DNA of 64,000 nucleotides from an uncultured Rickettsiales bacterium (GTDB lineage Bacteria; Pseudomonadota; Alphaproteobacteria; Rickettsiales; CAZAGG01): NCBI GenBank assembly GCA_964484565.1, contig CAZAGG010000001.1, positions 25,066 to 89,065 of the forward strand, read 5' to 3'. Shown piece by piece: positions 55,769 to 64,000 of this stretch (position 1 is its first letter; each line of letters starts with the position of its first letter). The notes under the pieces were generated by a model. It saw only the letters and a program-made list of their open reading frames with translations, ran no database searches and was not told where the DNA came from. The position numbers and the translations under genes were made by a program.

Positions 55769-56617
55769 TCAACGATTTTGAGTTGGCCTTATATTTGGTA
55801 GCATCGGTGCGTTACTTGCTCTTTTATACAAAATTTCCTGAACTGTTCGTTCTAGTGCAATAAAACGCTCTGAATTACTTGGATGTGTTGATGAAAATGA
55901 AATGCTATCTGGATTTTTAATTGACATTTTCCGCCAAAAATAAGGGGCCGAGCTTATGTCATAACCAGCAAGATGCATGATATAGAGCCCTACATAATCA
56001 GCTTCTTTTTCGTAATCTTGTGAATAGCTAAGCCTTCCTATTCCCGCCCCCATCTCGGTGAATTGAGATTTAGTATTATACCCCTGAGATGCTGCAACTC
56101 CATCTATCAAAAGGCCGACTAGTGCACCCGCCATAACGTTTTTCTGTGTATTTGCAACATGTCCTAGTAAATTATGTGCATATTCATGCGCTATAACTGT
56201 TGCTAGTTCAACATCTGATGAAGCGAAGTTCATCATATCATATGTTATGTGAATCCTTCTTCCATCAGCATAGGCATTGATTCCGCGCTTGCGACTTAAA
56301 ACTACGTCATAAACGCAGTTATCTCTATTTTTGATAATCCTTCCGCATAGTGACATTCCCGCTGCATTGATTCTCTTCGAGGTCTCAAGAAGCCTAACGC
56401 GATTGGGTGTATTACTTTTTACTGGAACTGGTATATATCTATTTTGATTATATATATTCTGCTGAATTGCGGCTTCTTGCCTAACTTCATTTTGACTATA
56501 CATCGGAGTGTTGGTAACAGGAGGCGCACAAGAAGAAAGCGCAACAAACGGCAATAGCAAGAATATAGACTTAATGATCCCAATCTTTAATCTAAGCAGC
56601 AATTGAGCCATTTTCAT
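55769..56617 (-). CDS. M48 family zinc metallopeptidase, lipoprotein
   Basis: 282 aa with the lipobox [10 protein letters not shown] and the [10 protein letters not shown] (HExxH) motif with a downstream E.EAD. Confidence 0.8.
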   Translation of the reverse strand: MKMAQLLLRLKIGIIKSIFLLLPFVALSSCAPPVTNTPMYSQNEVRQEAAIQQNIYNQNRYIPVPVKSNTPNRVRLLETSKRINAAGMSLCGRIIKNRDNCVYDVVLSRKRGINAYADGRRIHITYDMMNFASSDVELATVIAHEYAHNLLGHVANTQKNVMAGALVGLLIDGVAASQGYNTKSQFTEMGAGIGRLSYSQDYEKEADYVGLYIMHLAGYDISSAPYFWRKMSIKNPDSISFSSTHPSNSERFIALERTVQEILYKRASNAPMLPNIRPTQNR

Positions 56618-57836
56618 CAGAATCTATTTCTACTAATGACGCAGCCGCACTATTACTTCTCATAACTGCAATTAGGGCTGTAACGAGATTTTCTATCATT
56701 TCGTCTGTGTGAAGCGGAGTAACTGTAATTCTTAGTCTTTCAGTGCCTTTTGGAACTGTTGGATAATTAATCGGCTGAACATATATCGCATGAGTTTGTA
56801 ATAATTCATCTGATATTGCTTTGCATTTTACAGAATTGCCAATCAAAACTGGTGTGAGATGACTGCTATTTTCCATCAGCGGAATTCCAGCATTTCTGAG
56901 CAGATTTTTAAGTTTATTCACATTGTGAAATAATTTATCTCGCTCAGAATTAGAATCTTTAAGATGTTTTACGCTTTTTAATGCACCAGCGGCAAGTGTT
57001 GGTGGCAAGGCAGTTGTAAATATAAAACCAGGAGCATAACTTCTTATAACATCAACTAATTTCGCACTACTTGCAATATATCCGCCCATGATGCCATAGG
57101 CTTTTGCGAGAGTTCCCTGAATAATTGTGACTTTATCCATCAAGCCTTCTCTTTCAGCGATTCCACCTCCCCTTTCGCCGTAAAGGCCAACCGCATGAAC
57201 TTCATCAAGGTATGTAATTGCATTATATTCTTCTGCAAGCTCACATATTTCTTTGATTTTACCTATGCTGCCATCCATTGAGTAAACGGATTCAAAAACG
57301 ATAATTTTAGGAGTATCCCTGCCAGCCTCATCAAGAAGTGAACGCAAGTGTTCAACATCATTGTGCTTGAATATCTTCTTAACCGCTCTGCTATTTCTGA
57401 TTCCATGAATGATTGAGGCGTGGTTTTTTTCATCAGAAAAAACATGGCAATTCGGAATTATCGACGCAAGCGTGCTTAAGGTTGCTTCATTTGCCAAATA
57501 TCCACAAGCGAAAGTTAATGCAGCCTCTTTATGGTGCAAGTCTGCAAGTTCTTTTTCAAGCTCAACTAGAGGTTGATTTGTTCCAGATATATTGCGTGTT
57601 CCTCCTGCGCCTGCTCCCATATCATCAAGAGCTTTTTGCATAGATTGAATAACTTCTGGCTTTTGCCCCATTCCCAAATAGTCATTGCTGCACCAAACTA
57701 CAACATCTTTGTCATTGTTAAAATTCTTTGCAACAGGAAATTGGCCAGCTTTTCTAGCTATTTCTGTGAAAATCCTATATCTTCCCTCTTCTTTGAGAGA
57801 ATTGATTTTATCATCAAAAAACTGATCGTATTGCAT
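56592..57836 (-). CDS. hemA: 5-aminolevulinate synthase
   Basis: It has [17 protein letters not shown] and a PLP lysine context (GTLAKAYG). The start is placed at MQYDQFF (ATG 57836) by analogy with the N-termini of alphaproteobacterial ALAS. It overlaps the ctaA stop by 23 nt. Confidence 0.9.
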   Translation of the reverse strand: MQYDQFFDDKINSLKEEGRYRIFTEIARKAGQFPVAKNFNNDKDVVVWCSNDYLGMGQKPEVIQSMQKALDDMGAGAGGTRNISGTNQPLVELEKELADLHHKEAALTFACGYLANEATLSTLASIIPNCHVFSDEKNHASIIHGIRNSRAVKKIFKHNDVEHLRSLLDEAGRDTPKIIVFESVYSMDGSIGKIKEICELAEEYNAITYLDEVHAVGLYGERGGGIAEREGLMDKVTIIQGTLAKAYGIMGGYIASSAKLVDVIRSYAPGFIFTTALPPTLAAGALKSVKHLKDSNSERDKLFHNVNKLKNLLRNAGIPLMENSSHLTPVLIGNSVKCKAISDELLQTHAIYVQPINYPTVPKGTERLRITVTPLHTDEMIENLVTALIAVMRSNSAAASLVEIDSDENGSIAA

Positions 57837-58860
57837 TGTATTTCTTAGACTCAAAGGTTAGATAAAGGACAACGGCAAACATAACCAAAGCATTGGCTTG
57901 ATGCAACGATGCAATTGTGATTGGAACATTATAAACAACTGTTAACGCACCAAGTAGCATCTGAAAAACAAGCAATCCAATAGCAATAGCTGTTAAAGCC
58001 TTATACTTTTTATCATAGTTTGAAAATAACATTTTGACTAAAATCAAGAGCATGTAACAAAAAAGTATATAGCCAAAAAGTCGATGCTGAAATTGCACCA
58101 TCGAGGCATTGCTTAAAAAGTTTTGATATAACGGCTGCATAGCCATTGCGCTATCAGGCATGAATTGCCCATCCATTAGAGGAAATGTATTGTGAATTAG
58201 GCCAGCATCCATTCCTGCAACTAGCCCGCCCAGCAAAATTTGAGCATAAATCATCGCGCAAATAACTATGAGATGAGAATTTGATTTTCCATCTGCAAAT
58301 CCATTAGCATATTTATAAAACATTCTGAAAAGTAAGAAGAAAATAAAAAATGCCATACCCAAATGAATTGTTAGGCGAAAATGACTAACCGCAGGATCTT
58401 CTATTAGGCCGCTTTGCACCATCCACCAGCCTATAAAGCCCTGCATTCCCCCAAGCGTGAAAATTAAAAATAACTTTAATATCTCTCGGCCAACAATTTT
58501 CTTTTTAAAAATGAAGTAAATTAGAGGCAAAACAAATACTAAACCTGTGATTCTGCCGAATAGGCGGTGCAAATATTCAAGCCAATATATCGCCTTGAAG
58601 TCAGCTAGAGTCATTCCAAAATTTTTATGAATATACTCAGGGGTTTGCATGTATTTAGCAAATTCAACATTCCATCCATCTTCTGTAAACGGAGGGAAAA
58701 CACCGCTAAGCAATTGCCATTCAACTATTGATAAACCAGATTCAGTAAGCCTTGTAAGCCCACCGACCACAACCATCATAAAAACGCAGATGCAGCAGGC
58801 AAAAAGCCAATATCCAATCTGCTTATCTATGAGAGATGCCTTGCTCAAACTAACTTTCAT
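57814..58860 (-). CDS. ctaA: heme A synthase (COX15/CtaA)
   Basis: 348 aa, polytopic, with GGLTRLT.SGLS and HR..G histidine motifs typical of COX15/CtaA. Confidence 0.85.
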   Translation of the reverse strand: MKVSLSKASLIDKQIGYWLFACCICVFMMVVVGGLTRLTESGLSIVEWQLLSGVFPPFTEDGWNVEFAKYMQTPEYIHKNFGMTLADFKAIYWLEYLHRLFGRITGLVFVLPLIYFIFKKKIVGREILKLFLIFTLGGMQGFIGWWMVQSGLIEDPAVSHFRLTIHLGMAFFIFFLLFRMFYKYANGFADGKSNSHLIVICAMIYAQILLGGLVAGMDAGLIHNTFPLMDGQFMPDSAMAMQPLYQNFLSNASMVQFQHRLFGYILFCYMLLILVKMLFSNYDKKYKALTAIAIGLLVFQMLLGALTVVYNVPITIASLHQANALVMFAVVLYLTFESKKYNAIRSVF

Positions 58861-58988
58861 GAAGAGTTTTATAGCATATATATACGTCTTTTCAAGCTCA
58901 GATAAGAATGCTACACAAAGTCACTAAAATGATTAGTAACGTTGTTTTATTTAGGAATAGATTAGAAAAAACAACTTTGTAAATACTA

Positions 58989-60257
58989 TCATCTAAGTGG
59001 CTCTCTAAATTTATCCTTATAAATATACAGAGATATTAGTGACGGCACACCAGCAATCACCATCAGCCATGCAATAGACATATTATTGCCAGTTTCTCTT
59101 ATCAATAACTCAGCTATGGTAGGTGTAAACCCTCCAACAATTGCGCATATATTGTATGAAAGTGACATTCCCGTATATCTAATGCGAGTTGGGAATATCT
59201 CAACCAACAAAGCAGGTATCGGCGCAACATAGCAACCAAGCATGAACCCAAGCATAGCCTGACCCAATGCAATATTCCAGAAACTACCCGTTTGCATCAA
59301 CAAATAAGCTGGATAAGTCAGAAGCAACATTCCAACAATTGCTGATGAAAGCACAACTTTTCTACCATATTTATCTGCTGCTTTCGCCGCCCACCAAATA
59401 GGAATGAACATTGCAACCATTGCAATAGAGTTGACCTGAAGAGAATCCTCCTGCGTCATTCCAAGATGAGACTTTGAATACGCAATCATATATATAGCGA
59501 TGGTATAAAAGGGAATTGTAACAAATAGATATAAAGAAAACGCCTCAAACATCTCTTTCGGATATTTTACAAAAGCATCTTTTACAGGTGTTTCTGATAA
59601 AGTTCCTGCTTCTTTTGCTTCTTTGTAAACAGGGCTTTCATCACCGTGATTTTTAATCCACATCCCAACAAAGCCAATTAGAACGCCAACGAAGAATGGT
59701 AATCTCCATCCCCAGCTCATGAAATTCTCTTCACTCATGGAAGATGCAACCAGAGTTGAAACCAAAGAGCCCATTAAAAATCCTATCACCAACGAAAGCA
59801 TTGTGACACTTCCAGTTTTCGCTCTGTGCTTAGGGTCTGCATGCTCAACCACATATGACATTGAGCCACTAAACGCACCGCCCAATGATAACCCCTGAAG
59901 TATTCTTATGAGCAAAAGTAATATGGGAGCTGCCACTCCAATTGCGGCATATGTTGGTAAAAGCCCGATACAGCCTGTTGGAATCGCCATTAAAATCATT
60001 GAGGCAGAAAGTGCCTTCTTCCTTCCATATTTATCGCCAATTCGGCCAAATATAACCGCCCCTAGTGGACGCGATATAAAACCAACAGCAAAGGTAAGGA
60101 ATGTTAAAATAACGCTCAAGCCCGCATCTTGTGTCGGAAAAAATAAAACGGCAAACACCATAGACATATGCCCGTAAAGTGCATAATCATACCATTCTAG
60201 GCCGTTGCCCAGCATTCCAGAAATCACAACTTTTTTACGTGATGAAGCTCCGCTCAT
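58989..60257 (-). CDS. MFS transporter, metabolite:H+ symporter family (ProP-like)
   Basis: 422 aa with about 12 TM segments and GRIGDKYGRK / ADKYGRK MFS loop motifs. The N-terminus GN.LEWYDY is typical of the MHS/ProP family. Confidence 0.85.
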   Translation of the reverse strand: MSGASSRKKVVISGMLGNGLEWYDYALYGHMSMVFAVLFFPTQDAGLSVILTFLTFAVGFISRPLGAVIFGRIGDKYGRKKALSASMILMAIPTGCIGLLPTYAAIGVAAPILLLLIRILQGLSLGGAFSGSMSYVVEHADPKHRAKTGSVTMLSLVIGFLMGSLVSTLVASSMSEENFMSWGWRLPFFVGVLIGFVGMWIKNHGDESPVYKEAKEAGTLSETPVKDAFVKYPKEMFEAFSLYLFVTIPFYTIAIYMIAYSKSHLGMTQEDSLQVNSIAMVAMFIPIWWAAKAADKYGRKVVLSSAIVGMLLLTYPAYLLMQTGSFWNIALGQAMLGFMLGCYVAPIPALLVEIFPTRIRYTGMSLSYNICAIVGGFTPTIAELLIRETGNNMSIAWLMVIAGVPSLISLYIYKDKFREPLR

Positions 60258-60338
60258 TCTTAGACTCTCCTGTCCCTATTATTCAATATTTATTGCGGCC
60301 AGAGTCTAATATCAATCAACAAATTGCAAGTAAGAAAT

Positions 60339-61166
60339 TTACAAAACAATAATTGCTGAATAAATTTTAGCCAGTTCACTATTAGAAAGCACAATTGGCT
60401 GACCATTATCGCATGCCGAAACTATTGATGGTTCAAGCGGGATCTTTGCAAGAATTTTAGAATCAAGTTCTTTTGCTGCTTTTTCTACTCCACCGCTGCC
60501 GAATATATTCGTTATATTTCCTGAAACTGAATCTTTAAAATAACTCATGTTTTCAACGATTCCAAGAACTGGAACGTTCATCCGCCTAAACATCATCAAG
60601 CATCTTCTAGCATCTGCCAAAGCAACTTCTTGCGGAGTTGAAACAATAATTGCCGCATCTAGTGGCACTTGTTGAATCATACTTAAATGAATATCGCCCG
60701 TTCCAGGTGGCATATCTACTATCAAAAAATCAAGCTCACCCCAATTAACTCCTCGTAAAAACTGATTAACAGTTTTTGAAATCATTGGACCGCGCCACAT
60801 AAGTGGCTGATCACGCGGAACTAACATTCCCATAGAAACACTTTTGACACCATGCGACTCTAACGGAATAATCTTGCCATTCTCTGTTTCTGGTTGCGAA
60901 GAACGAGCAAGCCCCATCATCTCAGGAATTGAAGGACCATAAATATCCGCATCAAGAAGCCCAACCTTTTGGCCATTCATTGCTAAACTTGCTGCAATAT
61001 TAACCGCTGTAGTAGACTTTCCAACCCCACCCTTACCAGATGCAATTGCTATAATCTTAGCAATTCCATCTATTTTGTTGTAATTCCAATTGGCTGCCTT
61101 TTTAATTTCTTGTTCCAATTTTCTTCCAAAATCAATTTTTTTACTTTTGTAATAAAATAGAAACAT
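60339..61166 (-). CDS. mrp: Mrp/ApbC/NBP35 family iron-sulfur cluster carrier ATPase
   Basis: 275 aa with the deviant Walker A SGKGGVGKST, DMPPGTGD, and a MinD-like body. The start is uncertain. Confidence 0.85.
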   Translation of the reverse strand: MFLFYYKSKKIDFGRKLEQEIKKAANWNYNKIDGIAKIIAIASGKGGVGKSTTAVNIAASLAMNGQKVGLLDADIYGPSIPEMMGLARSSQPETENGKIIPLESHGVKSVSMGMLVPRDQPLMWRGPMISKTVNQFLRGVNWGELDFLIVDMPPGTGDIHLSMIQQVPLDAAIIVSTPQEVALADARRCLMMFRRMNVPVLGIVENMSYFKDSVSGNITNIFGSGGVEKAAKELDSKILAKIPLEPSIVSACDNGQPIVLSNSELAKIYSAIIVL

Positions 61167-61217
61167 AAATATGTTTATATTACAGTCAATATTTAAACTT
61201 CATTAAGCGAGTCCAGA

Positions 61218-62096
61218 ATGACTGAATATAGAAAACTTAAAATCTGCGGTGACGAATATGTAGTTACTCCAATTGGTGTGGGTGAAACATTTGAAGGTTA
61301 TGTCACTGGACTTTTTGAGAATATCAACAGAGCTTATGGCGATATAAGATCATCATACGCAAGATTAGATAGAGAACTTGAGCAAGGAATCGAAGTTAGA
61401 AATCTTCCATTTATAAGACCTGCAAGAAGGTTAGACAACCCGAAAAGAATTGAAAAAATTACTCGTTCTTTACGAGATAGAAATTGGAACTTTGGAATAG
61501 ATGAAATGTATTTCGGACATTTAGTTGCTGATACACTAGAGGCAATTGTTGAAAACCTTCCGGAGGAATATATTAAAAAAATGGATGAAGAATCACGAGT
61601 GCAATTTACAGAGTTAAAATCTGCAATCTTGGAATATAATAAGATAGAAAGAAAACTGATATCCACTGAGAAAAGCAGAGAATTTTGGGCAGACGTGGGG
61701 TTTCAACAAGAACAGGAGCCAATTAGAATTCCATTTTTTGCAACATTCCCCGTTATGACAAGTATCCAGATTGGTCCTGACAAAGCAACTCCTGAAGAGG
61801 TTGCGGAAACTAACTCAATAAAGAAACGTTATGATGATGAAATTAAAAATTTACGAAGTCAGAGCTGGTCATTTAACGTAGGAGGCATTACAGAAAGTGC
61901 ACTATCAATAATAAAAGCTATTAATATTGATATTGACGTGGATAGAGGCCCTGCAGTTAAAACACTTAATACAGCAATCACAGAAACTCAAGCTAGACTA
62001 ACAGAAATTCAGGGGCTTAAAGGTCAGTGCCAAAAAAAACTAAGTGAGGTAGAGAAAGATGCAGAAGAACAAACAAAAACCTCAATTAGTAGGTAG
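61218..62096 (+). CDS. hypothetical protein
   Basis: 292-aa ORF, charged and helical, with no recognisable motifs. A 7-bp hairpin lies 17 nt downstream. Confidence 0.5.
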   Translation: MTEYRKLKICGDEYVVTPIGVGETFEGYVTGLFENINRAYGDIRSSYARLDRELEQGIEVRNLPFIRPARRLDNPKRIEKITRSLRDRNWNFGIDEMYFGHLVADTLEAIVENLPEEYIKKMDEESRVQFTELKSAILEYNKIERKLISTEKSREFWADVGFQQEQEPIRIPFFATFPVMTSIQIGPDKATPEEVAETNSIKKRYDDEIKNLRSQSWSFNVGGITESALSIIKAINIDIDVDRGPAVKTLNTAITETQARLTEIQGLKGQCQKKLSEVEKDAEEQTKTSISR

Positions 62097-62288
62097 TCAC
62101 AACTAAAATCTAATGCCCATGTCCAGTGGGCATATCTTCAAGCTTTTGCAGCTCCCTTCCTGCTTGAATGGCTCTGAACGCTTCTTGGATTAGAGCACTC
62201 ATAACTTGCAAATAAATTATCCATTGTAAGGGAAAGTTAAATATTTCCGCCGAATATAGCTCATAGTGAATAACAATTATAAAAAACT

Positions 62289-63224
62289 ATGAAATATCTT
62301 GTTACTGGGGGGTGTGGGTTTATTGGCTCTCATCTTGTGGAATTATTACTAAGCGAAGGCCATTCGGTTACTATATTAGATAACCTTTCAAGCGGAAGAA
62401 TATCTAATGTCAGCAACCTCGAAGTTGAAATAATTCAATCAGATATTACCTATGAAAATATCTTTGACGAGATACTTGCAAAAAATGAATATGACGGAGT
62501 GTTCCATCTTGCGGCAATATCATCAATCACGGAATCAAATCATAACTGGCTTAATACCCACCGCGTTAATATATCGGGATTAGTTGCTCTATATCAGGCT
62601 ATTAGTCGATTTAAAAAGAAGATTCCAGTAGTTTATGCCTCATCTGCTGCGGTTTATGGAAACCTTGAGATTTTGCCAGCTTCAGAAGATTCCGTATGCG
62701 AGCCCATCACAGCGTATGGTGCAGATAAACTAGCCTGCGAGCAACACTCAAGAGTTGCATGGAATATTCACAACATACCCTCATGCGGACTTAGATTCTT
62801 CAATGTTTATGGCGAAAGGCAAGATCCAAAATCGCCTTATTCGGGCGTAATATCAATCTTTGCTAACAAGCTAAATAACTATGAAAAAATATCAATTCAT
62901 GGAGATGGAGAGCAAACCAGAGACTTTATATACGTCAAAGATGTTGCTCTTAATCTTTACACCGCTATGAAAAAATGTCGTATTGACTCGAATGTGATTA
63001 ATGTTTGCACTGGAGAAGAAACATCAATCAATCAACTGCTTAATACAATGATAGAAATTCTCTCCGCATCAGGAAAATTAATTCCAGAAATTGAATATCT
63101 CCCTCCAAGAAGTGGTGACATACGAAAATCTTATGGCTCAACCGAGTTTGCAAAAGAGCATTTGGGGATAAATAGCAACACCAGCTTGCGCGACGGTCTT
63201 ACAAGATATATGGCTTCATTATGA
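62289..63224 (+). CDS. NAD-dependent epimerase/dehydratase (UDP-hexose 4-epimerase-like)
   Basis: 311 aa with the VTGGCGFIGSHL Rossmann motif, SSAAVYG, and a YGADK (YxxxK) catalytic motif. Confidence 0.85.
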   Translation: MKYLVTGGCGFIGSHLVELLLSEGHSVTILDNLSSGRISNVSNLEVEIIQSDITYENIFDEILAKNEYDGVFHLAAISSITESNHNWLNTHRVNISGLVALYQAISRFKKKIPVVYASSAAVYGNLEILPASEDSVCEPITAYGADKLACEQHSRVAWNIHNIPSCGLRFFNVYGERQDPKSPYSGVISIFANKLNNYEKISIHGDGEQTRDFIYVKDVALNLYTAMKKCRIDSNVINVCTGEETSINQLLNTMIEILSASGKLIPEIEYLPPRSGDIRKSYGSTEFAKEHLGINSNTSLRDGLTRYMASL

Positions 63225-64000
63225 GAACCAATCATTGGCAAGTTTTATTATTCTTAGGTATAACTATGATTTTATCATTTTTCTCACTCTCTAAAGTTTG
63301 GGCTAAGGATGATAAAAGGTGGATAGCCTATTACGGAGACTCAATTCCCGCTGAGAATTTTATAAAATATGATTTAATCGTTTTTGATGGTGAGAAACAT
63401 CCGTTTTTAAGGCCGCTACTTAACCAAAACAAAACTTTACTCGCATACATAAGCATAGGGGAAGTAAGAACAAATTCAAAATATTTTGAATATGCAAAAA
63501 GCAATAATTTACTCCTTGAAGAAAATCCTAACTGGCAAGGAAGTTATGCGATTGATACACGAAATTCTGCTTGGGCTGAGTTAATTATAGAGCAAAAAAT
63601 TCCAGATATTTTGTTTAGCGGCTTTAACGGCATAATGATTGATACGCTAGATACATCAATCGCATTAGAAAAAAATGACAACACTAAATATCGAGGGTTA
63701 ACCGAAAGCTCGGTGAATGCAATAAAGGCCATTCGAATGCGCTATCCACATATTAAAATCATGCTTAATCGTGGTTTTGAGGTTCTTGATAAAACAACTC
63801 CAATGATAGATATGCTGCTTGCAGAGAGTATTTTTGCAGAATACAATTTTGCAAATAAAACCTCTAAGCCATTTGATGAGGCTATATATAAATCTGTATC
63901 AGATTATTTAAAACAATATCAGGCAAAGAATGAGCATTTAAAAGTATATACCCTAGATTATTGGGATATAACCGACAAAAAAGGAATGAAAGAAATATAT
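63221..64000 (+). CDS. secreted GH114-like / TM1410-family putative glycoside hydrolase (endo-alpha-1,4-polygalactosaminidase-like), 3-prime end outside window
   Basis: Not in the ORF track because it is open-ended. ATG at 63221 overlaps the epimerase TGA (ATGA). It has a signal peptide (MRTNHWQVLLFLGITMILSFFSLSKVWA). The remainder reads AYISIGE, NPNWQGSYAIDTRN..W and GFNGIMIDTLD, like the GH114 TIM barrel. Confidence 0.6.
   Translation, partial: MRTNHWQVLLFLGITMILSFFSLSKVWAKDDKRWIAYYGDSIPAENFIKYDLIVFDGEKHPFLRPLLNQNKTLLAYISIGEVRTNSKYFEYAKSNNLLLEENPNWQGSYAIDTRNSAWAELIIEQKIPDILFSGFNGIMIDTLDTSIALEKNDNTKYRGLTESSVNAIKAIRMRYPHIKIMLNRGFEVLDKTTPMIDMLLAESIFAEYNFANKTSKPFDEAIYKSVSDYLKQYQAKNEHLKVYTLDYWDITDKKGMKEIY

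Noticed and set aside
1-64000. Scan for rRNA, tRNA, CRISPR arrays, IS transposases, integrases and phage genes
   Set aside because: I found no T-arm/GTTCGAATC-like tRNA signatures in intergenic gaps. I found no regularly spaced direct repeats and no DDE or tyrosine-recombinase-like ORFs. Absence is by eye only and should be confirmed with tRNAscan-SE, Infernal and ISfinder.

Overview
Visibly AT-rich, densely packed bacterial chromosome segment with about 60 protein genes; many neighbours overlap by 1-40 nt. I read it as an alphaproteobacterium. It has ALA-synthase hemA next to heme A synthase ctaA, argF-hslO and trmD-rplS-leuC neighbourhoods, and L31 and DksA that lack the usual zinc cysteines. 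The lifestyle is probably host-associated or intracellular (inference). Supporting this are an ankyrin-repeat protein, about ten orphan ORFs (coiled-coil or hydrophobic), and many peptide and amino-acid scavenging genes: putA, a second P5C-dehydrogenase-like ALDH, gabD, pepP, pepF, an MlrC-like M81 peptidase, an orphan YejA-like binding protein and a ProP-like MFS transporter. Housekeeping content includes thiE-folC-folP-folK, hslO, argF, prfA, glyS, trmD, rplS, leuC, rpmE, nadC, icd, alaS, der, cutA, bioF/bioB/bioD, aroC, dksA, ilvD, hemA, ctaA and mrp. I recognised no rRNA, tRNA, CRISPR array, transposase or integrase. The features I consider most worth follow-up are listed here. (1) The last ~100 bp of gabD is duplicated 1.33 kb downstream; the two copies bracket a 1.2-kb insertion carrying an orphan gene, and two convergent orphan ORFs both terminate inside the decayed copy. 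(2) A 180-bp element at 24.06-24.24 kb is bounded by 22-bp perfect inverted GC hairpins (MITE or small RNA). (3) A GC-rich intergenic repeat family shares a 28-nt near-identical core at 28.0 kb and, inverted, at 47.3 kb. (4) A vapBC module has a textbook promoter and palindromic operators. (5) A Cys-less PTPS-like gene is translationally coupled to an SDR, while folB is missing from the folate cluster. (6) An epimerase is coupled to a GH114-like secreted hydrolase at the window edge. No complete, recognisable novel multi-gene system could be proven from sequence alone. All functional calls rest on motif recognition by eye, not on database searches.
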